Shown: piece after piece, positions 41,534-51,017 of the stretch
How positions within the stretch are numbered: the first letter of the stretch is position 1
How the letters are laid out: each line of letters begins with the position of its first letter
Assembly (NCBI GenBank): GCA_018819015.1
Contig: JAHJQY010000019.1
Span: 3,239 to 67,238 of the forward strand
DNA from: Patescibacteria group bacterium
GTDB lineage: Bacteria > Patescibacteriota > Minisyncoccia > JAHISW01 > Tagabacteraceae
Reading direction: 5' to 3'
Length of the DNA: 64,000 nt
Position numbers and translations under genes: made by a program
The notes under the pieces: model-generated
What the model saw: only the letters and a program-made list of their open reading frames with translations
Told to the model about the DNA's origin: nothing
Database searches by the model: none

Positions 41534-41561
41534 ATTATACATAAAATCTAATTTTTGTCAA
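41534..41561 (-). promoter_or_regulatory. Consensus sigma70-type promoter firing leftward into a non-coding region
   Basis: Minus strand TTGACA-16 bp-TATAAT. Confidence 0.55.
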
Positions 41562-41628
41562 TGTTTTGTAAAACGGGCTTATTTTTAAAAATTTGTTTTT
41601 TGGGAAGTTTTCTATTATTATGTAAGTA

Positions 41629-42873
41629 ATGCGCTTGTCTAAACTTTTCACTAAAACCCTGCGCGAGGCGCCTAAGGATGAAATTACCGCCAACGCCCAG
41701 CTTTTGGCTAAGGGCGGATTTGTTTTTAAAGTGATGTCCGGGGTTTACGCTTTTTTGCCGCTGGGCTTGCGGGTTTTAAATAAAATAAGAAACATCATTC
41801 GCGAGGAGATGGACGCGCTCGGCGGCCAGGAAATTTTGATGCCGTCGCTCCATCCGGCGGAATACTGGAAGGCCACCGGCGGCTGGGATAACATTGACGT
41901 ACTTTTTAAAATAAAAAGCCGCACCGAAAAAGATTATGCTTTGGGCCAGAGCCATGAAGAAATTGTTACGCCCATCGTTAAAGAAATGGTCAAAAGCTAC
42001 AAAGATTTGCCTCTGGCGATTTATCAGGTTAATTGGAAATTCAGGGATGAACTTAGGCCGAAATCAGGAATTTTAAGAGGCCGCGAGTTTGAGATGAAGG
42101 ATATGTACAGTTTTCACGAGAGTCAGGAGGATTTTGAGAACTTTTACGAAAAAGTTAAAAAGGCCTACATAAATGCTTATAAAAAACTCGGGCTGGTGGC
42201 AAAAGTCGCGGAAGCTTCCGGCGGAAATTTCTCGGAAAAAATTTCTTATGAGTTTATGGTTTTGACCGACGCCGGCGAAGACGATATTTTGTATTGTTCC
42301 GCCTGCGATTTTTGCGTTAATTTGAATATTGCCAAGCAAAAAGAAAACGATGTTTGTCCGCGTTGCGGCAAGGTAAAACTTGAAAAAGGGAAGGCCTCGG
42401 AAGTCGGCAATGTTTTTGATTTGGGAAAAAAATATCCGAAAGATTTTGATTTTCAGTATGCCGCCCAAGACGGCGGCAAAGAATATCCTGTCATGGGCTG
42501 TTACGGTTGGGGCACCACCCGCACCATGGGAGTGGTGGTGGAAAAATTCCACGACGAAAAAGGAATTGTCTGGCCGGACATTATTGCGCCTTTTCAGGTC
42601 CACTTAATTCATCTGGGCGATTCAAAAGAGGTTAAAAAAGCCGCCGAAGATTTATATAAGGAATTGCAAAAAAATAAGATAGAAGTATTATTTGATGACA
42701 GGGAGGACAAGGGCGCCGGAGAAAAATTCATAGATGCCGACTTGATAGGCATTCCGTTGCGGGCGGTGGTCAGTGAGAAAACAGTAAAAGAGAAAAAAAT
42801 AGAGATCAAAAAAAGAAACGAGGAAAAAATAAAGTTAGTAGATAAAAAAGAATTGCTGAAAATTTTATGTTAA
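41629..42873 (+). CDS. proS: Proline--tRNA ligase (short form, no editing domain)
   Basis: MRLSKLF.KTLREAP, KFRDELRPKSGILRGREF.MKDMYSF, EVGNVF.LG, MGCYG, DADLIGIP. Confidence 0.93.
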   Translation: MRLSKLFTKTLREAPKDEITANAQLLAKGGFVFKVMSGVYAFLPLGLRVLNKIRNIIREEMDALGGQEILMPSLHPAEYWKATGGWDNIDVLFKIKSRTEKDYALGQSHEEIVTPIVKEMVKSYKDLPLAIYQVNWKFRDELRPKSGILRGREFEMKDMYSFHESQEDFENFYEKVKKAYINAYKKLGLVAKVAEASGGNFSEKISYEFMVLTDAGEDDILYCSACDFCVNLNIAKQKENDVCPRCGKVKLEKGKASEVGNVFDLGKKYPKDFDFQYAAQDGGKEYPVMGCYGWGTTRTMGVVVEKFHDEKGIVWPDIIAPFQVHLIHLGDSKEVKKAAEDLYKELQKNKIEVLFDDREDKGAGEKFIDADLIGIPLRAVVSEKTVKEKKIEIKKRNEEKIKLVDKKELLKILC

Positions 42874-43922
42874 ATAAATTTTTTGGATTATTTTCACATG
42901 ATATCGGAATGGATTTGGGTACGGCCAATACCTTGCTTTACGTGCGCGGCCGAGGCATTGTGATTAATCAGCCGTCGGTTGTCGCCATAAACCAGAAAAC
43001 AGGACAGGTGGTCGCGGTCGGCAGCGAGGCAAAAAGAATGGTTGGCAGGACTCCGAGCCATATTGTCGCGGTTCGGCCGCTGATAGACGGAGTTATTTCT
43101 GATTTTGAGGTAACCGAAGAAATGATCGCTTACTTTATTAGAAATGTTCACAAGGAAGCGTTAAGGCCTTTTGCCAGGTCTAGGGTCGTTGTCGGCGTGC
43201 CTTCCGGCATTACCGATGTGGAAAGAAGGGCGGTGCGGGACGCGATAAAAAACGCCGGCGCCAGAGAAGTTTATATTGTTGAGGAGCCGCTGGCGGCCGC
43301 CATTGGCGTCAAATTGCCCATCCAAGAGCCGGTAGGAAGCATGCTGATAGATATTGGCGGCGGCACTTCGGATATTATGGTTGCTTCTTTGGGAGGCATA
43401 GTGACGGCGAAGAATTTAAGAATTGCCGGCGACCGGCTGAATCAGGACATAATTAATTACGCGCGCGATGAGTTCAAGCTTTTGCTGGGAGAGAGAACGG
43501 CTGAAGATATAAAAATCGCCATTGGTTCCGCCGTGTCTTCGGGCGAGAATATAGAAGCCACCGTGCGCGGCAGGGATTTGATGACCGGATTGCCGCGCGA
43601 AGCGATTATCACGGACGGAGATGTCCGGGAGGCTATTTCCAAGTCTTTAAAAATGCTTACTCGTTCGGTTAAGGAGGTTATTGAAGAAACTCCGCCGGAA
43701 TTAATTTCCGACATAATGCATCGGGGAGTTATTTTGGTTGGTGGAGGAGCTTTTCTGCGCGGTTTGCCGGAATTTCTTGAATCTGAAATTAAGATTCCGG
43801 TGCATTTGGCCGACGACCCTTTTACGGCAGTGGTGCGGGGCACGGGTATAATTCTTGAGGACCTAGACGTTTTCCGAGACGTTTTAATTGAGCCAGAAGA
43901 AAATGTTTCGCCGAGATTCTAA
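42867..43922 (+). CDS. mreB: Rod shape-determining protein MreB (paralog 2, in the mreBCD cluster)
   Basis: MDLGTAN, RPLIDGVISD, IDIGGGTSD. Confidence 0.93.
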   Translation: MLNKFFGLFSHDIGMDLGTANTLLYVRGRGIVINQPSVVAINQKTGQVVAVGSEAKRMVGRTPSHIVAVRPLIDGVISDFEVTEEMIAYFIRNVHKEALRPFARSRVVVGVPSGITDVERRAVRDAIKNAGAREVYIVEEPLAAAIGVKLPIQEPVGSMLIDIGGGTSDIMVASLGGIVTAKNLRIAGDRLNQDIINYARDEFKLLLGERTAEDIKIAIGSAVSSGENIEATVRGRDLMTGLPREAIITDGDVREAISKSLKMLTRSVKEVIEETPPELISDIMHRGVILVGGGAFLRGLPEFLESEIKIPVHLADDPFTAVVRGTGIILEDLDVFRDVLIEPEENVSPRF

Positions 43923-44688
43923 AAATACCAAATATTTTGCTGTTTTGGCCGGCATTGTTTTTCTTTTGGTTTTAATAATTTTTGTTTTTAAAAGTTTTCC
44001 TCCTGTTTTTGCGACCCGGGCCGTTTTTTACGCTGGCCAGCCTTTTGTTTTTTTTAAAAATAAATGTTCTGTATTTTGGGAGAACAATTTGTCCGTTTTT
44101 CGCAATAAAAAAGAATTACAGCAGGAGAACGATTCTTTAAAGCAGAAGGTTGCGGAAATGGAATCGGAAAAATTGTTTTCAGAAGTTATTCTTAAAGAAA
44201 ATGACGAAATTAAAGGAGTGTTTTCCCGTAGCTCCGACCGAGAATTTATTTTGGCTTATGTTTTGTCCCGTCCGGGATACGGAATTTATAACTCGCTTGT
44301 TATTGACGCGGGGTTTAAACAGGGGGTGGAAGAAGGCATGCGGGTTACCGCTTTTGGGACTGTTTTACTGGGGTATGTTTCTGAAGTTGCTCCGAACGCC
44401 AGCAAGGTCAAGCTGGTTTCTTATCCGGAAGAGGAAACTAATGTTTTTGTTGGTAATAATATTTCTGCGATCGCGTACGGCGTGGGCGGAGAAAATCTTA
44501 GCGTTGTTTTGCCTCAGGATATTAATGTTTCGGCGGGGGACAAAATTACCAGTCTTGGCAATAGCCCGTTGTTTTTGGGTGTCGTCGAAAAGATAATTAA
44601 AGAGCCGGCCGACCCCTTTCAAAATATTATTTTTCGCCTCCCTCTAAATATTCAGGAAATTACCCGGGTTTACTTAATTAAAAAATAA
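43903..44688 (+). CDS. mreC: Rod shape-determining protein MreC
   Basis: TM + coiled coil (ELQQENDSLK), IDAG...GVEEGM.V, GDKITSLG; follows mreB. Confidence 0.85.
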   Translation: MFRRDSKNTKYFAVLAGIVFLLVLIIFVFKSFPPVFATRAVFYAGQPFVFFKNKCSVFWENNLSVFRNKKELQQENDSLKQKVAEMESEKLFSEVILKENDEIKGVFSRSSDREFILAYVLSRPGYGIYNSLVIDAGFKQGVEEGMRVTAFGTVLLGYVSEVAPNASKVKLVSYPEEETNVFVGNNISAIAYGVGGENLSVVLPQDINVSAGDKITSLGNSPLFLGVVEKIIKEPADPFQNIIFRLPLNIQEITRVYLIKK

Positions 44689-44691
44689 GCC

Positions 44692-45030
44692 ATGTGGTTA
44701 AGAATTTTTTCTTTACTGTGTTTATCTTTTGTTGCCGCGTTTTTCCCTTTGCCCGCCGCGGTGTTTCTTTTTGTTGTTTTTTCTTCAATTTTTTCAAAAT
44801 ACTGGGAAGGCGTCTTAATCGGATTTTTTTTGGATTCTTTCTATTTTTCTCCGTTGCTTTTTTCTAAATTTAATTTAGGTTTTTTTACTATAAGTTTTAT
44901 AGCGGCGATTTTTATTTTGGAGAAAGTTAAAAGGTTTATTGACAGCAGAAACTTGATTCTCAGAATAGCGCTGGGGGTCATTGCCGGCCTTTTGTCTTAT
45001 TTGGTTATTTTTCTTCTTTTTAATTATTAG
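44692..45030 (+). CDS. Small membrane protein, MreD-like by position
   Basis: Hydrophobic, GFFLD motif, lies between mreC and PBP2. Confidence 0.6.
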   Translation: MWLRIFSLLCLSFVAAFFPLPAAVFLFVVFSSIFSKYWEGVLIGFFLDSFYFSPLLFSKFNLGFFTISFIAAIFILEKVKRFIDSRNLILRIALGVIAGLLSYLVIFLLFNY

Positions 45031-45044
45031 TATCGTAAAAACCG

Positions 45045-46919
45045 ATGTTTCAAAAAAGAAAAAGTAAATTTAAGGTTGAATCTATAAGTCCAGACGAGAT
45101 TTTTTTGGATTCAAGGAATATCCCGAATTTTGATTTTTATCAATTTGAGGGGAAGATGGAAAAACCCATAGGCGGCAGAACTTTTTTGTTTCTTGGGGCG
45201 GTATTTTTATTCATAGGATTTTTTTTGTTATGCCGGACAGGTTTTTTGCAGGTTGTAAAGGGCCGGGGTTTTGCGGAACGTTCCGAAAATAACCGTTTGC
45301 GGTCCGTTTCTTTGGCGCCGGAAAGAGGGTTTGTTTATGACAGGAACGGTGAAGCCTTGGCTTGGAACACCCCCGCTTTTTACCTGGTAATGGATAAAAA
45401 GGTTTTTATTGATAACGACTTAAGCGCAAAATTGGAAGAATTTTTAAAATTTCTTGGCAAAGATAATATTCAGGGGATAATTAAAAATGGAGCGGCCAAG
45501 GGGGAAGATTTAATCATCGGCACATATTATGACTGGTCAAAGGTAAACGATGTTTATCAGCAGTGGTCATTTCTGCCCCTAAGAATTGAATCTGTTTCTC
45601 TGCGGGCATACAAAGAAACCAATGGGTTGGCGCATGTTTTGGGGTATATGGGTTATTCTTCGTCGGCAAACAATGATGATGTTGTCGGGAAAGCCGGAGT
45701 GGAGAAAAGTTATGAAAATATTTTACGCGGAGAGAAGGGGGTAAAAATAACAGAAGTTGATTCTTTAAATAATATTAAATCGGAGAGCCTGCAAAAATAC
45801 CCCGCCGCCGGAGAAAATATTAAATTAAGCGTAGATTACAGGGTTCAGAAGAAACTTTATGAAATTTTTTCAGACCTTTCCAAAGAAAGAGGATTTCAGG
45901 GGGCGGCGGGAGTTATTTTAGACATAGAAACCGGAGAAATTTTAGCAATAGTCAGCTATCCGGAATACGATTCTTTGATTCTTAGCCGCGGCGGTCCGGA
46001 AAAAACAATTCAGGAATTTATAAATAACCCACAGAAGCCGTTTCTTAATCGCGCCATTTCCGGCTTATACGCGCCCGGGTCCGTTGTTAAGCCTTTTTTG
46101 GCCTCGGCCGCTTTAAATGAGGGCATTATAACTCCCGATAAAAAAATTTTCAGCGCAGGCAGTATTTCCATCCCTAATCCTTATTTGCCCGGCAAAGAGA
46201 GCGTTTTTCGCGATTGGAAAGCGCATGGGTGGGTGGATATGAGAGAAGCGCTGGCCGTTTCCTCGGACGTTTATTTTTATTCCATTGGAGGCGGCTATGG
46301 CGATGTCGCGGGCCTCGGCATTAAAAAAATTGAAGAATATATGAAAATTTTCGGTTTTGGCGTTAAGACCGGCATAAATTTGGAAGGAGAAAAAGAGGGT
46401 TTAATCCCCAGTCCCGAACTTAAAAAAAAATCATTTTCGGATTCGGATGCTGTTTGGAGAATTGGAGATACATATAATGCCAGTATCGGCCAGGGAGATT
46501 TTCAAGTCACTTCTTTGCAGATGGCCGTCGCAACGGCAGTTTTGGCAAACGGCGGATATATTATTAAGCCGCAGATTTTATTGGGAGAAGGAGATAAAAA
46601 AACGGGAACTTTTGTTGATGTGCCTCAGAAATATTTTGATGTTGTGAAAGAAGGAATGAGGATGTGCGCAATGACAGGAACCGCGCAAGCGCTGGGCGGT
46701 TTATCGGTGGAGGCGGTCGCAAAAACCGGGACCGCCGAATTGGGTTCGGGCGAGTTTGTGAATTCTTGGGTGATATCTTTCTGGCCATACGAGAAACCCC
46801 GCTATGCCGCCAGCGTTGTATTAGAAAGGGGCAAGGCATCCAATTTAGTTGGCGGGGTTTATGCTCTGTTTCAACTGTTAAGTTGGATGCAGGCCAGCAC
46901 TCCCGAATATATTTTTTGA
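45045..46919 (+). CDS. mrdA: Penicillin-binding protein 2
   Basis: ERGFVYDRNG, AHVLGY, PGSVVK (SxxK), SSDVYFY, KTGTAE. Confidence 0.9.
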   Translation: MFQKRKSKFKVESISPDEIFLDSRNIPNFDFYQFEGKMEKPIGGRTFLFLGAVFLFIGFFLLCRTGFLQVVKGRGFAERSENNRLRSVSLAPERGFVYDRNGEALAWNTPAFYLVMDKKVFIDNDLSAKLEEFLKFLGKDNIQGIIKNGAAKGEDLIIGTYYDWSKVNDVYQQWSFLPLRIESVSLRAYKETNGLAHVLGYMGYSSSANNDDVVGKAGVEKSYENILRGEKGVKITEVDSLNNIKSESLQKYPAAGENIKLSVDYRVQKKLYEIFSDLSKERGFQGAAGVILDIETGEILAIVSYPEYDSLILSRGGPEKTIQEFINNPQKPFLNRAISGLYAPGSVVKPFLASAALNEGIITPDKKIFSAGSISIPNPYLPGKESVFRDWKAHGWVDMREALAVSSDVYFYSIGGGYGDVAGLGIKKIEEYMKIFGFGVKTGINLEGEKEGLIPSPELKKKSFSDSDAVWRIGDTYNASIGQGDFQVTSLQMAVATAVLANGGYIIKPQILLGEGDKKTGTFVDVPQKYFDVVKEGMRMCAMTGTAQALGGLSVEAVAKTGTAELGSGEFVNSWVISFWPYEKPRYAASVVLERGKASNLVGGVYALFQLLSWMQASTPEYIF

Positions 46920-46984
46920 TTGATTTGCAAATTTTTTTTATAATCAATATAATAAAAGATTATTTTTATTTATTATTTTAAAAT

Positions 46985-47467
46985 ATGTCTTTAACATCTT
47001 CAGAATATTTAAGCAAAGAAGCTTTTGTTAAAATACAGAAAGAGCTGGAGCATCTGACTAAAGTGAAAAGGCGGGAAATATCGGAGAGGATAGAAGAAAG
47101 TATCAGTTTGGGGGATATTTCCGAGAGCGCGGAATATCAGGAAGCAAAAGAAGAACAGTTGATGAATGAAGGCCGCATCGCCGAAATAGAAGATTTGTTG
47201 AGCAGGGCTCTTGTTGTTTCCGGCCAAAGAACAAACAAGGTCTATCTGCGGGTTGACCTGGGCTGCTTCGTTGTTTTAAAGAAGAAAAAAACCGAGGAAA
47301 TTTTAAAATATAAAATCGTGAGCTTTGGAGAATCCGATCCTTCTGAAAACAAAATTTCCAGTGAGTCGCCTCTGGGCAGTTCTTTGATGGGCAGAAAAGC
47401 GGGCGAGAATGTTGAGGTTTTTGCGCCAAATGGTAAAATAAGTTATATTGTTGTGGAGATAATATAA
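46985..47467 (+). CDS. greA: Transcription elongation factor GreA
   Basis: GDISESAEYQEAKEEQ, KISSESPLG. Confidence 0.92.
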   Translation: MSLTSSEYLSKEAFVKIQKELEHLTKVKRREISERIEESISLGDISESAEYQEAKEEQLMNEGRIAEIEDLLSRALVVSGQRTNKVYLRVDLGCFVVLKKKKTEEILKYKIVSFGESDPSENKISSESPLGSSLMGRKAGENVEVFAPNGKISYIVVEII

Positions 47468-47471
47468 AATT

Positions 47472-48959
47472 ATGTCCTTGGAAGAAATAAAAGAGATACG
47501 CAGCAAAAAGCTGGACAAAGTTAAAAAAGTTTTCGGCCAGGCTTATCCCGTGAAAATTTTCAGAGATTTTCGCGCGGAAGAGGCGGTAAATAATTTTTTA
47601 AAACTTTCCCGCAGCCGAAAGCCTTTATTGATGGCCGGGCGTATTTTTAATATCCGTTCTCACGGCGGAGTTATTTTTTGCGATTTCACTGATGGTTTCG
47701 GCGGAAGAAAAGAAGAGGGGGCTGTTTATCTTCAGGCTTATTTGAAAAAAGATATCGTTGGCCAGGAGCAATTTAATCTTTTTAATGAATTGGCGGATGT
47801 GGGCGATTTTGTGGAATTTAAGGGCAGTCTTTTTAAGACTAAAAAGAGAGAAAAATCCATCAAAGTTTCTTCTTGGAAAATTATTTCCAAGAGCCTGCGG
47901 CCTCTTCCAGAAAAATGGCACGGGCTTTCGGACGTGGAAGAGAGGTACAGAAAACGCTATTTAGATTTGATGATGAACAAAACCGTAAGCGATGGTTTTG
48001 TGCTGCGTTCTAAGATAATCGCGGAAATAAGAAATTTTTTGAACAAGTGCGACTTTGTGGAAGTTGAAACTCCCATTCTTCAGCCGATAGCCGGCGGCGC
48101 TTCAGCCGAACCGTTTAAAACTCATCACAATGCCTTGGATATGAATTTGTTTTTGAGAATCGCGCCGGAACTTTATTTGAAGAAATTGCTTATCGGCGGT
48201 TTTGAAAAAGTTTATGAAATTGGGAGAAATTTCAGGAATGAAGGAATTGATGTTACGCACAATCCGGAGTTTACAATGCTGGAATTTTATCAGGCATATA
48301 AAGACGCTGAATTCGGGCGGGGTTTTGCGGAAGAGTTAATTAAAAATCTTGTAAAAAAAATATTTAATAAGCAATTATTGGAATATGAAGGCCACAAGGT
48401 TTCTTTTTCAAAAAAATTTTCTGTCGTTTCGTTTTATGATGTGCTGAAACGACACGCCTTGATAAATCATCCGGAGGACGCGCCGCTGGAAGATTTTGTT
48501 TTAAAAGCGCGTCAGTTTGGCATAGATGTTTTAAAATCAGATTCAAAAGAAAAAATAGCGGATAATATTTTTAAAAAGGTTTGTCGTACAAAATTAATTC
48601 AGCCGACTTTTGTGATTGATTACCCAATTGAACTTTTTCCTTTGGCAAAAAAGAAAGAAGATAACTCCGAGTTGGCAGATTTTTTTCAGTTGTTTGTCGG
48701 GGGATTAGAATTGGCCAAGGGTTATTCCGAATTAAACAACCCGCTTGAACAAAGAGAGCGTTTTAAAAAACAGCAGGAGCTTCGCAGGGACGGAGACAGG
48801 GAGGCGAATGAGTTTGACGAGGATTTTATTGAGGCCATGGAGTACGGCATGCCGCCGGCATGCGGGGTTGGGATAGGAATAGACCGATTGGCGATGTTTT
48901 TCCTGAATGTTCATAATATAAGAGACGCGATTTTGTTTCCAACCCTGAGGCCTAAATAG
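47472..48959 (+). CDS. lysS: Lysine--tRNA ligase (class II)
   Basis: RPLPEKWHGL, YRKRYLDL, LRIAPELYLK, FRNEGID.THNPEF, YGMPPACG.GIGIDRL. Confidence 0.97.
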   Translation: MSLEEIKEIRSKKLDKVKKVFGQAYPVKIFRDFRAEEAVNNFLKLSRSRKPLLMAGRIFNIRSHGGVIFCDFTDGFGGRKEEGAVYLQAYLKKDIVGQEQFNLFNELADVGDFVEFKGSLFKTKKREKSIKVSSWKIISKSLRPLPEKWHGLSDVEERYRKRYLDLMMNKTVSDGFVLRSKIIAEIRNFLNKCDFVEVETPILQPIAGGASAEPFKTHHNALDMNLFLRIAPELYLKKLLIGGFEKVYEIGRNFRNEGIDVTHNPEFTMLEFYQAYKDAEFGRGFAEELIKNLVKKIFNKQLLEYEGHKVSFSKKFSVVSFYDVLKRHALINHPEDAPLEDFVLKARQFGIDVLKSDSKEKIADNIFKKVCRTKLIQPTFVIDYPIELFPLAKKKEDNSELADFFQLFVGGLELAKGYSELNNPLEQRERFKKQQELRRDGDREANEFDEDFIEAMEYGMPPACGVGIGIDRLAMFFLNVHNIRDAILFPTLRPK

Positions 48960-49001
48960 GGCCGAAATAAGGGAAATTTAGGTATTTGATTACCCCTGTG
49001 G

Positions 49002-49099
49002 TTATCCACAGGTTTTTATTTGTTGAATTTTGGGGAATGGTGGTGTAGAATGTAAGCGTAGTGGGGAATTGTGGATAAAACTGTGGATAGTGTGGATAA
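49002..49099. promoter_or_regulatory. mraZ promoter region with GTGG repeats and DnaA-box matches
   Basis: TTATCCACA 49002; TGTGGATAA 49070 and 49091; TGTGGATAG 49082; GTGG at 49061, 49071, 49083 and 49092. Confidence 0.65.
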
Positions 49100-49177
49100 G
49101 TTCCGAAAATTAAAGAATAATGGCATAGAGGGCGGGGTGATGATTTTTATAGTCATTTCATTCCTTAAAAATCTATC

Positions 49178-49612
49178 ATGTTAATTGGTGAATTTACCCA
49201 TAATTTAGATGAAAAAAAGAGAGTAGCTATTCCGGCCAAGTTCAGAAAAGAAATAGGAAAAAAAGCGGTTGTTACCCGCGGTCTTGATAATTGTCTTTTT
49301 GTTTATCCTTTAAGCGAGTGGGAGAAAGTCGCCGAAAAATTAAGCACCTTGCCGATGGGGCAGTCTGACAACAGAAATTTCTCCCGGTTATTTTTGGCCG
49401 GCGCGGTTGATGCTTCCCTTGATTCAATGGGGCGGATTTTAATTCCTGATTATTTAAAAAAATTCGCCGGACTGAAAGATAAAGTTGTTATAACTGGCGT
49501 TTATAAAAAACTTGAGATTTGGGACGCCGGCGCCTGGGAAAAATACAAGAGCCGCATTGAAAAACAGACCGATATTTTGGCGGAGAAATTGGGCGAAGTT
49601 GGTGTTTATTAA
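49178..49612 (+). CDS. mraZ: Transcriptional regulator MraZ
   Basis: GEFTHNLDEKKRVAIPAKFR, TRGLDNCL, DSMGRILIP, EIWD. Confidence 0.96.
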   Translation: MLIGEFTHNLDEKKRVAIPAKFRKEIGKKAVVTRGLDNCLFVYPLSEWEKVAEKLSTLPMGQSDNRNFSRLFLAGAVDASLDSMGRILIPDYLKKFAGLKDKVVITGVYKKLEIWDAGAWEKYKSRIEKQTDILAEKLGEVGVY

Positions 49613-49699
49613 GTGAATTGCCCCGCGCGTAGCGCGGTTGGCAAACCTTAATCCCGCCCTCTGCGCGGCATAAATAGTTAGTGTGTAAGACAAATAATT

Positions 49700-50680
49700 A
49701 TGATGACCTTAAGGCAACCAAGCAATGATAAGGAACAGCCTAGAGGGCGGGATGCTCGATTTAATGATTGCTCGTCGGACTCGCAAATTAAATTGGCACA
49801 TACCCCGGTACTTTTAAAAGAAGTTTTAGAATATTTGGACCCAAAGAAAGGAGATATTGTTTTGGATGCGACTTACGGCGGGGGAGGACACGCGTCGGCT
49901 GTCTGCGAAAAAATTGGTTCGGTCGGAATATTGGTTGGCATGGACCAAGACTCGGAATTACTGAAAGCCGCCGACAGGCAAGATACAAAATGCAAAACAA
50001 TTTTAATAAACGAGAATTTTAGAAATTTGGGCGCGGTGTTAAAAAATTTGAAAATTGAAAAAATTGACAAAGCATTGTTTGACCTCGGAATGAATTCTGG
50101 ACAAATTGAAGAATCGGGCAGGGGATTCAGTTTCCAAAAAGACGAACCGCTTTTTATGAGCTATAAACTTAATTTGGGTTCATCGGATCTGACCGCCAAA
50201 GAAATTTTGAATACATGGGGCCGGAATGAAATTTACGAAATTCTTAGAGAGTACGGAGAAGAAAGATTTGCCAGAAGCATTAGCGAAAACATTATTAAGC
50301 GAAGAAAAATGAAAAAACTTGAAACTACATTTGATTTGGTTTCTATAATTGAAGAGAGTGTGCCGGGGTTTTACAAAAGAGGGCGTATTCATCCGGCGAC
50401 AAAAACTTTTCAGGCTTTGAGAATAGCCGTGAATGATGAACTTAATGCTTTGTCCGAGGGGTTGTCCGGGGCCTGGAATTTTTTAAAAAGCGACGGCAGA
50501 TTGGTGGTTATATCATTTCATTCGCTGGAAGACAGAATTGTTAAAAATTTTATAAGAGACAAAAAGCTGGACGGCAAGGGGGTTGTTTTAACAAAAAAGC
50601 CGGTTGTGGCGGGAGACGAAGAAACAAACTTGAATCCCCGCAGCCGCAGCGCAAAATTGAGAGCGATAATTAAATTTTAA
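49700..50680 (+). CDS. rsmH: 16S rRNA m4C1402 methyltransferase with N-terminal extension
   Basis: HTPVLLKEV, DATYGGGGH, DLGMNS, HPATKTFQALRIAVNDEL, SFHSLEDR, NPRSRSAKLR. Confidence 0.95.
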   Translation: MMTLRQPSNDKEQPRGRDARFNDCSSDSQIKLAHTPVLLKEVLEYLDPKKGDIVLDATYGGGGHASAVCEKIGSVGILVGMDQDSELLKAADRQDTKCKTILINENFRNLGAVLKNLKIEKIDKALFDLGMNSGQIEESGRGFSFQKDEPLFMSYKLNLGSSDLTAKEILNTWGRNEIYEILREYGEERFARSISENIIKRRKMKKLETTFDLVSIIEESVPGFYKRGRIHPATKTFQALRIAVNDELNALSEGLSGAWNFLKSDGRLVVISFHSLEDRIVKNFIRDKKLDGKGVVLTKKPVVAGDEETNLNPRSRSAKLRAIIKF

Positions 50681-50684
50681 GTTA

Positions 50685-51017
50685 ATGTTTATTTTTATAA
50701 ATAAAGAATTATGGATAAAGTACGGCAAATATCTGTTTTTTGCTGTTTTTTTCGTTATGTTTGCGCTGAGCTTGTGCTACGTTTATTTAATAAATCTAGC
50801 TGTTTTAAAAACGGCGACAATAACCAAAAATTTATCGTATATGAATCAGCTGGAAAGCCGGGTTCAGGAATTGGAGGTGGCCTACATAGATAAATTGGGA
50901 AAGTTAAATATCCCGTATGCCAAAGAACTCGGTTTTGTAGAAGCGGAACCCGTTAGTTTTATTTACGTTCAAAGGGCTGTTGCTCAGATTGACGACTATG
51001 GCCAGCGTCTCAGATAA
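50685..51017 (+). CDS. FtsL-like cell division protein
   Basis: TM + coiled coil + AKELGF; lies between rsmH and the PBP gene. Confidence 0.65.
   Translation: MFIFINKELWIKYGKYLFFAVFFVMFALSLCYVYLINLAVLKTATITKNLSYMNQLESRVQELEVAYIDKLGKLNIPYAKELGFVEAEPVSFIYVQRAVAQIDDYGQRLR

Noticed and set aside
41389-41628. T-box riboswitch upstream of proS
   Set aside because: No GGTGGNACC T-box motif or terminator/antiterminator arrangement on the + strand.
48960-49177. oriC at the DnaA-box cluster
   Set aside because: No dnaA/dnaN nearby, gene orientation does not switch across it, and no clear unwinding element; kept only as a regulatory observation.
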